64,000 nucleotides of DNA from an uncultured SAR116 cluster alpha proteobacterium (GTDB taxonomy: Bacteria > Pseudomonadota > Alphaproteobacteria > Puniceispirillales > Puniceispirillaceae), in contig CACJUX010000003.1 in assembly GCA_902596655.1 (NCBI GenBank), positions 11,649-75,648 on the forward strand, given 5' to 3'. Shown one piece after another: positions 63,155 through 64,000 of the stretch. The notes beneath the pieces were generated by a model. It worked only from the letters and a program-made list of their open reading frames with translations. It had not been told where the DNA came from and made no database searches. Within the stretch, counting starts at the first letter, position 1; every line of letters begins with the position of its first letter. The position numbers and the translations under genes were made by a program.

Positions 63155-64000
63155 TCAATTTTCAAGGCCCAACTTTTTTGCCAATCCTATTCTTTGCAAC
63201 TTTCCGGTCGAGCCTTTCGGGATTTCATCAACAAAGCAAATATGCTTGGGTATTTTGAATTTAGCCAATTTTTCGGACGCATATTCAAGAAGTTCTTTCT
63301 TAGTCAATTCCTCATTATTATGGAGAATAATTGCGGCCCCTATTTCCTCTCCAAGCATCTTATCATTTACCGCAAATGTAACGACTTGTTGAATTGCAGG
63401 ATGATCCATCAACACGTTATCCACCTCTAGAGGCGAGATTTTTTCACCTCCGCGATTTATAATCTCTTTCAATCTTCCAGTAATTTTTAAGTATCCGTCG
63501 TCATCAATCAAACCTTGGTCACCAGTCCTAAACCAACCATCCGTGAAGCTGGTGAGATTCGCTTCCGGGTTATTCTCATATCCGGGAGTCACATTATCAC
63601 CTTTGATGCAAACTTCTCCCTCCTCGCCCCTTCGTTTTTGCCCTCCATGCTCATCCATTATACAGACAGCTGGCGAAGTAATTATTCCCACAAATCCAGC
63701 TTTTTGCATATTTGCACCAAGTGGATTAGAGGTCATCTGATGCGTAGCCTCAGTCATTCCATAAGCTTCAACAATTGGGCATGCGAAAATCTTGTTCAGT
63801 TCCTCAAAAACTGCCGGAGGGAGTGATGCCGAAGACGAGCGAATCAGTCGTAACTCGAGGTCTCTGCATTTTTGAATGTTTCTCCTTGCTCGAAGAAGCA
63901 ATGCTTGGTGCATGGTCGGCACACCAGAAAACCAAGTGATTTTTTCTTCAACCGCCATGTCGAGGAAGCTGATGGCGTTAAATCCCGGAAGACAGCACAC
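63155..64000 (-). CDS. AMP-dependent synthetase/ligase (acyl-CoA synthetase family), 5'-truncated by the window edge
   Basis: C-terminal adenylate-forming motifs are present (YGMTE, WFRTGDQGLIDDDGYLKITGRLKEIINRGGEKISPLEV, PKGSTGKLQR). The ORF is open to nt 64000. Confidence 0.9.
   Translation of the reverse strand: MCCLPGFNAISFLDMAVEEKITWFSGVPTMHQALLLRARRNIQKCRDLELRLIRSSSASLPPAVFEELNKIFACPIVEAYGMTEATHQMTSNPLGANMQKAGFVGIITSPAVCIMDEHGGQKRRGEEGEVCIKGDNVTPGYENNPEANLTSFTDGWFRTGDQGLIDDDGYLKITGRLKEIINRGGEKISPLEVDNVLMDHPAIQQVVTFAVNDKMLGEEIGAAIILHNNEELTKKELLEYASEKLAKFKIPKHICFVDEIPKGSTGKLQRIGLAKKLGLEN

Noticed and set aside
1-64000. Search for CRISPR arrays, transposases or integrases, tRNA/rRNA genes, toxin-antitoxin or defence-system genes
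   Set aside because: I found no array of short direct repeats with spacers, no transposase, integrase or recombinase-like ORF, no tRNA-like or rRNA-like sequence, and no nuclease, helicase or methylase gene set. The only accessory-looking DNA is the pair of small AT-rich orphan regions reported above.

Overview
About 58.7 kb of this 64 kb window is one large polar-flagellum gene supercluster. The last ~5 kb (59.2-64 kb) is unrelated housekeeping and metabolic genes. I saw no rRNA, tRNA, CRISPR array, transposase or integrase. Gene order: pomA(partial)-pomB; a leftward operon fliOPQR-flhB plus four uncharacterised trailing genes; fliKLMN; a FleT-like activator followed by fliEFGHIJ; a divergent FleQ-like activator; fliS and a fliT-like gene; an embedded ClC chloride channel; fliD; an 808-aa flagellin; flgBCDEFGHIJKL; flgP, a FlgT-like gene, a LysM gene, flgA, flgM; flhA-flhF-flhG-fliA; an orphan rod paralogue; and a MotX-like gene. 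The content is mosaic. Vibrio-type sodium-motor and H/T-ring parts (PomB-like N-terminus, MotX-like, FlgT-like, FlgP) occur together with traits known from the Rhodobacter sphaeroides fla1 system (FleQ/FleT-type activator pair, FlgJ with a rod-binding domain only). The most unusual observations are: (1) a 1394-aa FlgE and a 1328-aa FlgK; (2) a ~120-aa module shared by FlgL, FlgK and FlgE, plus a five-fold IN-type module array in the flagellin, so every extracellular axial protein appears to carry related extra outer domains; (3) two divergently transcribed sigma-54 activators with complementary domain losses; (4) nine well-spaced sigma-54 promoter matches, each in front of an operon start; (5) an FlhF with apparently degenerate G2/G3 GTPase motifs; (6) several uncharacterised genes translationally coupled to flhB, fliA and the MotX-like gene. 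All calls come from reading the ORF translations and the DNA by eye. Start codons and family assignments for non-core genes are provisional.
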